Shown one piece after another: positions 9,946-20,490 of a stretch of DNA of 64,000 bases. Positions within the stretch are counted from its first letter, which is position 1. Each line of letters begins with the position of its first letter. The notes under the pieces are model-generated. The model was not told where the DNA came from. It saw only the letters and a list, made by a program, of their open reading frames with translations, and did no database searches. The DNA comes from an uncultured Chloroflexia bacterium (GTDB lineage: Bacteria; Chloroflexota; Limnocylindria; Limnocylindrales; CSP1-4): NCBI GenBank assembly GCA_963720495.1, contig CAVRFU010000011.1, forward strand, positions 246 to 64,245. The letters are read 5' to 3'. A program made the position numbers and the translations under genes.

Positions 9946-10674
9946 ATGTCGACGCCGGAGGGGTTCGCGGACGCCCGTTTCATCACCACGGCCGAGGCGG
10001 GCGAGGTCGCCGGCGCGGTCGTGGCGGTCGACGTCCTGCGCGCCTTCACGACGGCTGCCTACGCGCTCGCCGGCGGAGCGCGGCACATCTACCTCGTCGC
10101 GACGGTCGCCGAGGCGCTGGCGATGAAGGCGGCCGATCCGGCGGTCATCGCGATGGGCGAGGAGCACGGCCACCGGCCCGCGGGCTTCGACCTGTCGAAC
10201 TCCCCGGCGGCGGTGGTGGCGGCCGGTGCCGGCCTGCGCGATCGGATCGTCGTCCAGCGGACCTCGGCCGGGACCCAGGGCGTGGTGGCGGCTGCTGCGG
10301 CGACCCGGCTGTGGTGCGCCAGCCTCGTCGTGGCGTCCGCGACGGCCGCCGCGGTGAGGGCCTCCGGTCTGGGACCGCCGGTCTACGTGCTGACCGGCCG
10401 GAACCCGGCCGCCGGCCCCGAGTCGGGTTCGGACGACCGATCGACCGCCGAGCTCATCGAGCGCGCCCGGCTCGGGCTGCCGTTGGACGCGGAGCGCGCC
10501 GCCCGCGAGGTCGCGACGTCGGCGGAGGCGGCGCACACGCTCGCGCTCGGACCGGCCAGCGCGCCGCCCGACGACATCGAGCTGGCGACCCGGGTCGACG
10601 CGTTCCCGTTCGCGATGGAGGCCGTCCGCGTCGGGGGCGGGATCCGGCTCGAACGGCGCGAACCGGGGCAGTAG
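9946..10674 (+). CDS. comB: 2-phosphosulfolactate phosphatase (ComB) family protein
   Basis: VVAVDVLRAFTTAAYAL...FDLSNSP...VQRTSAGTQG matches the ComB-family layout. ATG at 9946 is in frame with ORF 9745..10674. Confidence 0.65.
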   Translation: MSTPEGFADARFITTAEAGEVAGAVVAVDVLRAFTTAAYALAGGARHIYLVATVAEALAMKAADPAVIAMGEEHGHRPAGFDLSNSPAAVVAAGAGLRDRIVVQRTSAGTQGVVAAAAATRLWCASLVVASATAAAVRASGLGPPVYVLTGRNPAAGPESGSDDRSTAELIERARLGLPLDAERAAREVATSAEAAHTLALGPASAPPDDIELATRVDAFPFAMEAVRVGGGIRLERREPGQ

Positions 10675-10684
10675 CATCGCGGCG

Positions 10685-11482
10685 ATGCCGCACGTCCGCG
10701 CCAACGACCTCGACATCGGCTACGACGTCATCGGCGACGGTCCGCCGATGGTGCTGCTCCACGCCGCGACGTCCGTCGGGCGCGAGACGTACGCCGCCCA
10801 GATCCCGACCCTCGCCGCCCGGTTCCGCCTCTACCTGCCGGATGCGCGCGGGCACGGCCGGACGCGCTGGGACGTGGCCGATGGCTTCGAGGCCGGCTGG
10901 CTGGTGGACGACCTCGCGGCCCTCGTCGACGCGCTCGATCTCGATCGCTTCCATCTCGTCGGCTACTCGATGGGCGGGATGACCGCACTCGGCGTCGCGG
11001 TGCGCGCGCCCGAGCGGCTGCGGAGCCTCGTCGCGCTCGGGATCGCGACCGCCCGGGAGCCACGCGCGAGCGTGGCCGGGCGGCTGATGGATCCGGCCCG
11101 CATCCTGCGCGACGACCCGGCCTGGGCGGCGGACCTTGCCCGGCTCCACGATCCCGTCCAGGGCACGGGTGCATGGCAGCGCCTCCTGCCGGCTGTGGCC
11201 GATGACGTGGCGCGGCAGCCGTTGCTGGGGCCCGCGGACCTGCGCCGGATCAGCCCGCCCACCCTGGTCGCGTGTGGCGACCGGGACCCGCTCGTGCCCG
11301 TCGCCCAGGCCGCCGAGCTCGCCCGGCATGTCCGCGACGGTCGTCTGCTCGTGGTGCCGGGCGGTCATGACATCCTCAGCCAGCAACCGGCGCTGGTCAC
11401 CGAGGCGATGACCGGCTTCCATGGCGCGATCGAGCGAGGCGCCGAGCCATCAGCCGCCAGCCCATCGGAGGGACGCCCATGA
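10685..11482 (+). CDS. alpha/beta-fold hydrolase
   Basis: PPMVLLHA oxyanion region, nucleophile elbow GYSMGG, C-terminal GGHD. Confidence 0.85.
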   Translation: MPHVRANDLDIGYDVIGDGPPMVLLHAATSVGRETYAAQIPTLAARFRLYLPDARGHGRTRWDVADGFEAGWLVDDLAALVDALDLDRFHLVGYSMGGMTALGVAVRAPERLRSLVALGIATAREPRASVAGRLMDPARILRDDPAWAADLARLHDPVQGTGAWQRLLPAVADDVARQPLLGPADLRRISPPTLVACGDRDPLVPVAQAAELARHVRDGRLLVVPGGHDILSQQPALVTEAMTGFHGAIERGAEPSAASPSEGRP

Positions 11483-11832
11483 CCACGTTGCTCGCGCTCT
11501 ACCGCCGACCCGATGGCGGCCCCGACGCCCAGGCCACCTTCGAACGGCGCTACACGACGGAGCACCTGCCGCTCGTCGCCGGGACCCCGGGCCTGCGCGA
11601 GACGCGCGTGCACCGGGTCGTCGAGGCTCTCGGCGCCGAGACGGATCTCATCCTCGTCACGGCGATGCGGTTCGACGATCGGGCGGCGCTCGATGCCGGG
11701 CTCCGGTCCGATGCGATGCGGGCCGCCGGGCGGAATCTTCGCGAGATCGCGCCCGGGCTGGCGACCATGCTCGTGCTCGAGACCGTGCCCGAAATGGAGG
11801 CGGCGGCTTCCCCGGGCGTGGATACTGTCTGA
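11479..11832 (+). CDS. EthD-family protein
   Basis: About 117 aa starting LLALYRRPDGGPDAQATFERRYTTEHLPLV, typical of the EthD/TIGR02118 family. ATGA overlap with the upstream hydrolase. Confidence 0.65.
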   Translation: MTTLLALYRRPDGGPDAQATFERRYTTEHLPLVAGTPGLRETRVHRVVEALGAETDLILVTAMRFDDRAALDAGLRSDAMRAAGRNLREIAPGLATMLVLETVPEMEAAASPGVDTV

Positions 11833-11852
11833 ACGAAAGTCGAGGAGCGTTC

Positions 11853-12719
11853 GTGACCGTGACCGCGCCCAGGGACGATCCAGCGAGCCGCGTCGAGGTC
11901 GACGATCGGCGTCCGCTGGTGCGCGTCGAGTTCCCGGCACCGGCCCCCGCGTCCGCGGCGCCAGCCGGCCATCTGCCCGGCGTCGCCCTCGTGACCTTCG
12001 ACCGCCGCGAAGCGCTCAACGCGTTGAGCTTCGACCTGCTCGACGAGCTGGCCGCCGCTCTCGAGGCGCTCGACGCGGACCCCGCCTGCCGGGCCATCGT
12101 CATCACCGGCGCCGGGGGGCGGGCGTTCGCCGCCGGTGCCGACATCCGCGAGCTCGCGCCGCAGACGAACGCATCGCTGACCGACGGCGGCCGGTTCGGC
12201 GTGTGGGATCGGCTCGATGCGATCGGCCTGCCGCTCGTCGCCGCCGTTCGCGGCGTCGCCCTCGGCGGTGGCTGCGAGCTGGCGATGATCTGCGACATGA
12301 TCATCGCCGCCGAGGACGCCGGCTTCGGCCAGCCGGAGATCCGGATCGGCGTCATGCCGGGGGCCGGTGGCACGCAGCGCCTGACCCGCGCCATCGGCAA
12401 GGCCCGGGCCATGGAGCTGATCCTGACCGGCCGGACGATGACCGCCACCGAGGCCGACGCGCACGGGCTGGTCACCGCGGTCGTGCCCGCCGAGGCGACC
12501 GTGGACGCCGCGCTGGAGCTCGCCGGACGGATCGCGACGATGCCGCCGCTGGCGGTCCGTGCGGCCAAGCAGGCGATCCTCGATGCGGGCCGGCGTCCGC
12601 TGGACGAGGGCCTGATCCGAGAGCGCGAGGCCTTCTTCCGCCTGTTCGACACCGACGACCAGGCCGAGGGGATGGCCGCCTTCACCGAGAAACGCCCGCC
12701 CGTCTGGTCGGGACGATGA
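11853..12719 (+). CDS. enoyl-CoA hydratase (crotonase family, PaaF/Ech-like)
   Basis: GTG at 11853 with GAGGAG 7 nt upstream. ITGAGGRAFAAGADI, AAVRGVALGGGCELAMICD, GQPEIRIGVMPGAGGTQRL. Confidence 0.9.
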   Translation: MTVTAPRDDPASRVEVDDRRPLVRVEFPAPAPASAAPAGHLPGVALVTFDRREALNALSFDLLDELAAALEALDADPACRAIVITGAGGRAFAAGADIRELAPQTNASLTDGGRFGVWDRLDAIGLPLVAAVRGVALGGGCELAMICDMIIAAEDAGFGQPEIRIGVMPGAGGTQRLTRAIGKARAMELILTGRTMTATEADAHGLVTAVVPAEATVDAALELAGRIATMPPLAVRAAKQAILDAGRRPLDEGLIREREAFFRLFDTDDQAEGMAAFTEKRPPVWSGR

Positions 12720-12747
12720 GCGCAGCGCGCAGCGAGGAGAGACGCTG

Positions 12748-13539
12748 ATGGAGCGAGACCCCCAGGGCGGGTCGGACGTGGGGCTCGACTACGAGCGCGA
12801 TCTCGGCGACGAGGTGGGCACCGCGATCCGCGACAGCGCGCCGGACTACCTGGCGCCGATCGACGCGGACGCGCCGGTGAGCGGCCACCAGCCCGCCCCG
12901 GAACAGAGCGCCTCGCCGGCCGACGCTCCGGAGCAGGACTGGGCCACCGCGAAGGATCTCCTCTACCCGGCCTTCCGCCCTGTCGGTACCCAGGGTCTCG
13001 CGCTCGACAGCATCGACCGGGCGAGCCTGGCCGCCCACGGCACGCAGAGCCACGCGCAGCCGATCATCGACGAAGGCCCGGCCGGCTTGCCGGTCGTCTA
13101 CACGATCGACGCCGGCGCCTACGACATCGTCGTCAACGGCGATCACCTGCTGACCTGGGGCATCGAGCCCGTCGAGGTCCAGGACGCGGCGATCCGCAAC
13201 CTCGCCGCCTGGTCGGCGACGGCGCCGTGGACCGACGAGGTGTCGGGCGAGCGCCGCCTCATCAGCTCGGACACCGGCAACGGCTGGGATGCCGCGCGGA
13301 TCCTCCTGCCGGAGGTCGTGGCCCATCTCGTCAACGAGCTCGGCTCGTTCGGCCGGATCCTGGTCGGGATCCCCGAACGGCACCTGATGACAGCCGGGTC
13401 GCTGCGGCCGGGCGACGACGACTTCGCGAGCCTGTTCGCCGAGTTCATCGTCGAGCAGTCCGGCGGCGCAGACGAGCCGATCGACCGTCGCGTGTTCGAG
13501 CTGGTGGACGGACGACTGGTCGAGTTCGCCGGCATCTGA
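12748..13539 (+). CDS. hypothetical protein
   Basis: 263-aa ORF with coding-like composition and an acidic N-terminal region. I recognise no motif. Confidence 0.55.
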   Translation: MERDPQGGSDVGLDYERDLGDEVGTAIRDSAPDYLAPIDADAPVSGHQPAPEQSASPADAPEQDWATAKDLLYPAFRPVGTQGLALDSIDRASLAAHGTQSHAQPIIDEGPAGLPVVYTIDAGAYDIVVNGDHLLTWGIEPVEVQDAAIRNLAAWSATAPWTDEVSGERRLISSDTGNGWDAARILLPEVVAHLVNELGSFGRILVGIPERHLMTAGSLRPGDDDFASLFAEFIVEQSGGADEPIDRRVFELVDGRLVEFAGI

Positions 13540-13550
13540 GGGCGCCGGGC

Positions 13551-14355
13551 GTGGCAGATGGGGGAGCGGCGCCGAGCGTCGCGACGGTGCGCTACGAGGT
13601 CGCCGACGCGATCGCGACGATCACCCTCGATCGCCCCGATGCGCTCAATGCGCTGACCGTCCCGATGAAGCGGGAGCTGTTGGCCGCCCTGCGGAGGGCG
13701 GGCCGCGACCGGGGTGTCCGGGCGGTGGTGCTGACCGGCGCCGGGCGCGCCTTCTGCGCCGGCCAGGATCTCAAGGAGCGGCTCGAGCCCGACGCGGCGC
13801 CGCTCGCCGTCGAGGTCCGCGAGCGCTACAACCCGATCATCGCCGCGATGCGCGCCATGGACCAGCCGATCGTCGGGGCGATCAACGGGGTGGCCGCCGG
13901 GGCGGGCGCGTCCCTGGCCTTCGCCTGCGACCTGCGGGTGGCCGCCGAGACCGCCACCTTCGTGCTGGCCTTCGGCCGGATCGGGCTGGTGCCCGACAGC
14001 GGCGCAACCTGGTTCCTGCCGCGGCTCGTCGGACCGGCCAAGGCGGCCGAGCTCGCGCTCCTCGGCGAGAGCCTGTCCGCGACGGAGGCGGAGCGTTTCG
14101 GGCTTGGTGGCCCGGGTCGTGGCCGCGGACGCCGTGGCCGGCGAGGCACGGGCGATCGCGGAGCGGCTCGCGGCCCTCGCCCCGCGGGCACTGGCCCTGA
14201 CCAAGCGCGCGCTCCAGCGCAGCTGGTCGGTGGACCTCGATGCGGCCCTGGAGGACGAGGCGTACCGGCAGGGGATCGCCGGCGCGACCGCCGATCACGC
14301 CGAGGGGCTCACCGCCTTCCTGGAGAAGCGGCCACCGCGATTCACCGGGGAGTAG
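13551..14355 (+). pseudogene. paaG: PaaG-like 1,2-epoxyphenylacetyl-CoA isomerase (crotonase), frame broken near 14104-14107
   Basis: The N-terminal 185 codons (LTGAGRAFCAGQDL, INGVAAGAGASLAFACD, FGRIGLVPDSGATWFLPRLVG, ...EAERFGL) run in the frame of ORF 13227..14396. The conserved continuation VARVVAADAV...GLTAFLEKRPPRFTGE is ORF 14104..14355 in frame +1. One extra nt lies in gggcttggtggcc. Confidence 0.75.
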
Positions 14356-14370
14356 CCACGGCCGCGCGGC

Positions 14371-14399
14371 TTGACGCACGTCCGGGCGCGGCCTAGGCT
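14371..14399 (+). promoter_or_regulatory. putative sigma-70-type promoter of the paaR-paaABCD operon
   Basis: TTGACG (14371-14376), 17-nt spacer, TAGGCT (14394-14399, TANNNT), about 40 nt upstream of the paaR GTG. Confidence 0.45.
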
Positions 14400-14405
14400 G
14401 GCGCC

Positions 14406-14419
14406 CTAACGAGCGTTTG
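14406..14419 (+). promoter_or_regulatory. putative PaaR operator (pseudopalindrome CTAACGAGCGTTTG)
   Basis: CTAACGAGCGTTTG fits CNAACGNNCGTTNG, the PaaR operator consensus reported for Thermus thermophilus as I recall it. It is flanked by the perfect inverted repeat CCTAAC/GTTAGG and lies just downstream of the -10 element. Confidence 0.55.
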
Positions 14420-14438
14420 TTAGGAGCCCCGCGGATCG

Positions 14439-15041
14439 GTGGTCGAAACCAGTCGACGGCGCGAGATCGAAGACGCCGCCAGTTCCCTGTTCCACGAGCA
14501 CGGCTATTCCGGCACGAGCGTGCGCGACATCGCGCGCGCCGTGGACATCCAGGGCGCCAGCCTCTACGCCCACGTGGCCTCCAAGCAGGAGGTCCTGTGG
14601 TCGATCGTCGAGCGGACGGCGTCTCGCTTCGAGGCCGCGGCGGACGTGGTCGAGGCAGCCGACCCCGGCTCGCTGGTGTTCGGGCCGGGCGTCCACCTCA
14701 TCTCGCTGGTCCGCGCCCACGTCGGGGTCGTGACCGACGACATCGAGCGGGCGAGCGTGTTCGTGCACGAGTGGCGCTCCCTGGACAAGGGTCGTCGTGA
14801 CGAGATCGCGCGACGACGCGACGCCTACGAGGCGCGCTTCCGGGCGGCCATCGCCGACGGCATCGAGAACGACGTGTTCGGGCCGGTCGACCCCGCCCTG
14901 ACCGGCGCCTACATCCTGACCGCGCTCAACGGCCTGGTCGCGTGGTATCGGCCGGACGGCCGTCTGCCCGCGCGCGAGATCGCGGACGCCTACGCGGACC
15001 TGACCCTCCGCGCCGTCCAGGCCCACGGTGATCACGCGTGA
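14439..15041 (+). CDS. paaR: TetR-family repressor, PaaR-like
   Basis: TetR HTH (FHEHGYSGTSVRDIARAVDIQGASLYAHVASKQEVL). GTGA overlap with paaA. Confidence 0.8.
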   Translation: MVETSRRREIEDAASSLFHEHGYSGTSVRDIARAVDIQGASLYAHVASKQEVLWSIVERTASRFEAAADVVEAADPGSLVFGPGVHLISLVRAHVGVVTDDIERASVFVHEWRSLDKGRRDEIARRRDAYEARFRAAIADGIENDVFGPVDPALTGAYILTALNGLVAWYRPDGRLPAREIADAYADLTLRAVQAHGDHA

Positions 15042-16024
15042 CGGACCCGCTCGCGCTCGAACCGATCCTCGGCCCGCTGGACCGCGGCCGCCTCGCCTTC
15101 AACGAGGACCTGCCGCACGACGAGCGGTTCGCCCTGTTCGAGGCCCACGTGGCGGCCGGCCGCAAGGTCGAATCGACCGACTGGATGCCCGACGAGTACC
15201 GCACGTCCGTCCTGCGCTTCGTCGAGATGCACGCCAACAGCGAGCTGATGGGCGTCCTGCCCGAACGCGAGTGGCTGATGCGCGCCCCGACCCTCCGACG
15301 CAAGCTGGCACTGACCGCCAAGGTCCAGGACGAGGTCGGTCACGCGCAGCTGCTGTACCGGGTCGCCGAGGATCTCGGCAAGAGCCGCGAGGCGATGTTC
15401 GACGACCTGCTGGCCGGCGTGACCAAGTTCCACAACGTCTTCCACTACCCGACGGTCGGCTGGGCCGATGTCGGGATGATCGCCTGGCTGGTCGACGCCG
15501 CCGCGATCGTCGCCCAGCAGGCGCTCCGCGACTCGTCCTACGCGCCCTATGCCCGGACGATGCGCAAGATCTGCTGGGAGGAATCGGTCCACATCATGCA
15601 CGGCCGCGACGTCGTGGTGACCATGGTCACGGGCAGCCCGGACCAGCGCGCGGCCATCCAGGACGCGCTCGATCGCTGGTGGGGTCCGCTCATGCAGATG
15701 CACGGCCCGCGCTCCCCGCGCGAGACGGATCGCGACCTGCACTGGCGGATCAAGGCCAAGACCTCCGAGGAGCTCCGCCAGGAGTTCCTGACCATCTACG
15801 TGCCGCGGATCCGCGAGCTCGGGCTGGTCATCCCGGACCCGGAGCTGCGGTTCGACGACGCGGCCGGGGAGTGGCGCTACACGGAGCCCGACTGGCACGA
15901 GCTCCGGACCGTCGTCACCAACCACGGACCGATGTCCGAGGCACGGCTGGAGTTCCGGCGGCTGGCCCGGGAGGAGACCCGCTGGGTGCGCGAATCGATC
16001 CTCGGCGTGGCCGCCGCGGCATGA
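15038..16024 (+). CDS. paaA: 1,2-phenylacetyl-CoA epoxidase subunit A
   Basis: Di-iron ferritin-like motifs EMHANSELMG and QDEVGHAQLLY, then WEESVHIMHG. 328 aa. Confidence 0.95.
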   Translation: MTDPLALEPILGPLDRGRLAFNEDLPHDERFALFEAHVAAGRKVESTDWMPDEYRTSVLRFVEMHANSELMGVLPEREWLMRAPTLRRKLALTAKVQDEVGHAQLLYRVAEDLGKSREAMFDDLLAGVTKFHNVFHYPTVGWADVGMIAWLVDAAAIVAQQALRDSSYAPYARTMRKICWEESVHIMHGRDVVVTMVTGSPDQRAAIQDALDRWWGPLMQMHGPRSPRETDRDLHWRIKAKTSEELRQEFLTIYVPRIRELGLVIPDPELRFDDAAGEWRYTEPDWHELRTVVTNHGPMSEARLEFRRLAREETRWVRESILGVAAAA

Positions 16025-16341
16025 GCGAGCCGGTCATCGAGGCCTGGGAGGTCTTCCGCCAGGAGAAGGACGGCGACCCGATGCGCCACGGCGGGAGCGT
16101 CATGGCGCCCGACGCCGAGCTCGCCGTCCACTACGCGCGCGAGATGTTCGGTCGCCGCCAGGAGAGCATCCGCCTGTGGGTGGTCCGGCGCGGCGACGTC
16201 CTGGACCTCGACGATCCCGACCTGCTCCAGCCGCCCCTCGATCGGTCGTTCAAGAAGCCGGGCGGCTACGTGATGCGCGACAAGCTGGCCGCCGCGCGCG
16301 CCCAGTCCGGCCAGGCCAAGCCCAAGGCGCGATCGTCGTGA
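16021..16341 (+). CDS. paaB: 1,2-phenylacetyl-CoA epoxidase subunit B
   Basis: WEVFRQEKDGDPMRHGGSVMAPDAELAVHYAREMFGRR is typical PaaB. ATGA overlap with paaA. Confidence 0.9.
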   Translation: MSEPVIEAWEVFRQEKDGDPMRHGGSVMAPDAELAVHYAREMFGRRQESIRLWVVRRGDVLDLDDPDLLQPPLDRSFKKPGGYVMRDKLAAARAQSGQAKPKARSS

Positions 16342-16413
16342 CCTCGGCGGCCACCACGTGCCTCGGCGGCCCCGGCGCCGGTCGCGCTCGAGCTCGCCGG
16401 CCTCCTCGCGTCG

Positions 16414-17130
16414 ATGGCGGACGACGAGTTCGTCATCGGCTTCTCCGATTCGGAGTGGACGGGCATCGCGCCGCTCCTCGAGGAGGACGTGGCGATGAGC
16501 TCGATCGCGCAGGACGAGCTCGGACACGCGGCCGCGCTGTACGGGCTGCTGGGCGACCTGACCGGGACCGACCCGGACGTCCTTGCCTACGATCGCGAGC
16601 CGGACGAGTACCGCCACTGCCGGCTGCTCGATCACGGTCGCGGCGACTGGGCGATGACGATCGCCCGGCGCTTCCTGTACGACTCGTCCGATGTCGTGCG
16701 GCTCGAGGCGCTGGTCGACGGCGCGTGGGCGCCGCTGGCCGAGCTCGTCGGCAAGCTGCTGCGCGAGGAGCGCTACCACCGGTTGCACGCGGGCACGTGG
16801 CTGGAGCGGCTGGCCCGGAGCCAGGGCGAACCGCGCGAACGCCTGCTGGCTGCTCTCGCCGAGCTCTCCGAGGACGCGGGGACCGTCTTCACGCCGCTCG
16901 ACGGCGAGGAGGCGCTGGTCGACGCCGGGATCCTGGCCGCGCCGATGACCGAGCTCGAGGCGCGCTGGCGGGGGTCGATCGCGCCGACGTTCGCGGCTCT
17001 CGACCTGCCGATGCCATCGGCCGCGCCCGCGGACCCCGACCGCGGCCGTCGCGACCACGGCGAGCCGTTCCGATGGCTGTGGGGCGAATTCACGAGCGTC
17101 CGTCGCTCCGACCCCGGAGCGACCTGGTGA
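16414..17130 (+). CDS. paaC: 1,2-phenylacetyl-CoA epoxidase subunit C (N-terminus uncertain)
   Basis: MADDEFVIGFSDSEWTGIAPLLEEDVAMSSIAQDELGHAAALY...REERYHRLH. PaaC-like sequence (VALELAGLLAS) continues upstream of the first ATG without any start codon; see findings. Confidence 0.85.
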   Translation: MADDEFVIGFSDSEWTGIAPLLEEDVAMSSIAQDELGHAAALYGLLGDLTGTDPDVLAYDREPDEYRHCRLLDHGRGDWAMTIARRFLYDSSDVVRLEALVDGAWAPLAELVGKLLREERYHRLHAGTWLERLARSQGEPRERLLAALAELSEDAGTVFTPLDGEEALVDAGILAAPMTELEARWRGSIAPTFAALDLPMPSAAPADPDRGRRDHGEPFRWLWGEFTSVRRSDPGATW

Positions 17131-17708
17131 GCGAGGCCGGCACGCAGGTCGGGATCGCGCGGCTCCGGGCCGGCGCGGTCGTCGGCGGTGCGCGTCCGAC
17201 CGCCCCGGCGCCGGTGGATGAGGCCGCCGTCCGCGCCGCTCTCGCCGAGGTGATGGACCCGGAGCTGCCGATGCTGTCCGTGGTCGACCTCGGGATCGTC
17301 CACCGGGTCGAGGTCGACGCGGCCCGCGGCCCGATCCGGGTCTGGATCCTGCCGACGTTCGTCGGCTGCCCGGCGCTCGAGCTGATCAAGACCTCGATCG
17401 CCGACCGGCTCGCGGGCTTCGGCCGGCCGGTCGAGGTCACGGCCACGTTCGAGGTCCCCTGGACCTCCGATCGGATCAGCCCGGCGGGACGCGCCGCGTT
17501 GGCCGCCGCCGGGATCGCTCCGCCGGCGCCGGGCGCGGACTGGTCGATGGGCGGGCCGGCCCTCATCGACCTGGAGCCGCGCGTTCCGTGCCCGCACTGC
17601 GGCTCGCGCCGGACCGTCGTGGAGAACCTGTTCGGGCCGACCCAGTGCCGGACGATCCGCTACTGCGCGGACTGCCGCCAGCCGTTCGAATCGATCAAGA
17701 CCGTCTGA
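17127..17708 (+). CDS. paaD: phenylacetate-CoA oxygenase subunit PaaD (PaaJ in some nomenclatures)
   Basis: DPELPMLSVVDLGIVHRV...PTFVGCPALE, C-terminal CPHCGS...CADCRQPFE. GTGA overlap with paaC. Only the last 193 codons of ORF 16176..17708 are used. Confidence 0.85.
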   Translation: MSEAGTQVGIARLRAGAVVGGARPTAPAPVDEAAVRAALAEVMDPELPMLSVVDLGIVHRVEVDAARGPIRVWILPTFVGCPALELIKTSIADRLAGFGRPVEVTATFEVPWTSDRISPAGRAALAAAGIAPPAPGADWSMGGPALIDLEPRVPCPHCGSRRTVVENLFGPTQCRTIRYCADCRQPFESIKTV

Positions 17709-18824
17709 TGAGCCGGGCCGCGCCGGGGTCGGCCGGCGACCCGCGACCGGTCATCGTCGGCATCGTCGGTGCCGGGACGATGGGCTCGGGGATCGCGCAG
17801 GTCGCCCTCGAGGCGGGCTGCGAGGTGGTCCTCTATGACGTCGACGACACGGCCCTCGAGCGCGGGCGCGAGCGGATCCGCGATGGTCTGACGCGACGGA
17901 CGGCGAAGCTCGGCCTCGATCCGGACGGGAGCGACGCCTGGGTCGCCGCGCGGCTGGACCGCCTGCGACACGTGCCGACCCTGGACGGGCTGGTCGACGA
18001 CGCCGACCTCGTGATCGAGTGCGCGCTGGAGGACCTGGAGCTGAAGCGGACGGTCTTCCGGACGCTCGACGACGTGGCCGATGCCCGAGGTGATCCTGGC
18101 CACCAACACGAGCGCCCTGTCGGTCACGGAGATCGCCGAGGCGACGACCCGTCCGAGCCGCGTCATCGGCCTGCATTTCTTCAACCCCGCGCCGCTCATG
18201 GCGCTCGTCGAGGTGGTCGCACCGGCGCTGGCCGACCCGGCGGTCGTCGCCCGCGCCGTGGCGATCGTCAGCGCCTGGGGCAAGACCCCGGTGGTGTGCG
18301 CCGACCGGCCCGGCTTCATCGTCAACCGGGTCAACCGGCCGTTCACCATCGAGGCACTCCGCATCCTCGAGGCCGGCGCCGCGCGCGTCACCGAGATCGA
18401 CGAGGCGCTCCGCGCGGACGGCTTCCCGATGGGTCCGTTCGAGCTGATGGACCTGACCGGGATCGACGTCAGCCTCGCGGCCGCGACCGGGATCTGGGAC
18501 GGCCTCGGGCGGCCCGAGCGGCTGCGCCCGTCGCCCATCCAGGAACGGCTCGTCGAAGCCGGCGACCTCGGCCGCAAGACGGGCGCCGGGTTCTACCGAT
18601 ACGCCGGTGAGAGCCGGATCGGCGAGGCGGGGCCACCGCCGACGTCGAGCCCCGACGAGCGCCTCGCGCCGACGGCCATCCGCGACCGGATCGTGGAGGC
18701 CATCGCCGAGGAGGCGCGGCTCGCGGTCGCGGAAGGAGTGGCGCCGCCGGACACGATCGACCTCGCGCTGCGCCTGGGCGCCGGCCACCCGCGAGGCCCG
18801 TTCGAGCCTCGGGTCCGGGCGTGA
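17708..18824 (+). pseudogene. paaH: 3-hydroxyacyl-CoA dehydrogenase (PaaH-like), frame broken near 18080-18083
   Basis: The N-terminal part IVGAGTMGSGIAQVAL...DLVIECALEDLELKRTVFRTLDDVA is in the frame of ORF 17588..18610. The continuation PEVILATNTSALSVTEIA...GLHFFNPAPLM...DRPGFIVNR is ORF 18081..18824 in frame +1. TGATG overlap with paaD. Confidence 0.8.
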
Positions 18825-18852
18825 CGGACTCGGGTTCACAGACCGGACTGGC

Positions 18853-20133
<1,281 letters not shown>

Positions 20134-20382
20134 GAGAAGCCAGGGCGATGGGACGACCTGTCCGCACGGCTTCGATGTCGAGCGTCCGGTGCAGGCCGAG
20201 GTCTCGTCGTCTGGCTGGCCGACGACCACCTGGAGCTGACCGGTCCGCGGAGCGGCTCCGTGGCTCCTCGAGCGGGCGCCACGGATCACCCGGTCGATGT
20301 CGTCACCCGGCTCGTCAGCGGCGTCGTCGGGGAGCCGCTGTTCTCCGGCCGCCGTCGCAGCGGAACAACTCTGTACATACCC

Positions 20383-20412
20383 TTGACACTCTGACCCAGA
20401 CCCGGATATCCT
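20383..20412 (+). promoter_or_regulatory. possible promoter of the fasciclin gene
   Basis: TTGACA (20383-20388), 18-nt spacer, TATCCT (20407-20412), in a locally lower-GC stretch about 80 nt upstream of ATG 20491. Confidence 0.3.
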
Positions 20413-20490
20413 TGGCAAACCCTAGACAAAGGGTGGACATCCGCCAGTCGGAGAATGGCGGCGGGTCCCGATCACACCAAGGAGTCTCGG

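Noticed and set aside
20413-20490. Riboswitch in the leader of the fasciclin gene
   Set aside because: Only one short hairpin is present, and I see no resemblance to any riboswitch core I know. It is kept only as part of the unexplained-gap finding.
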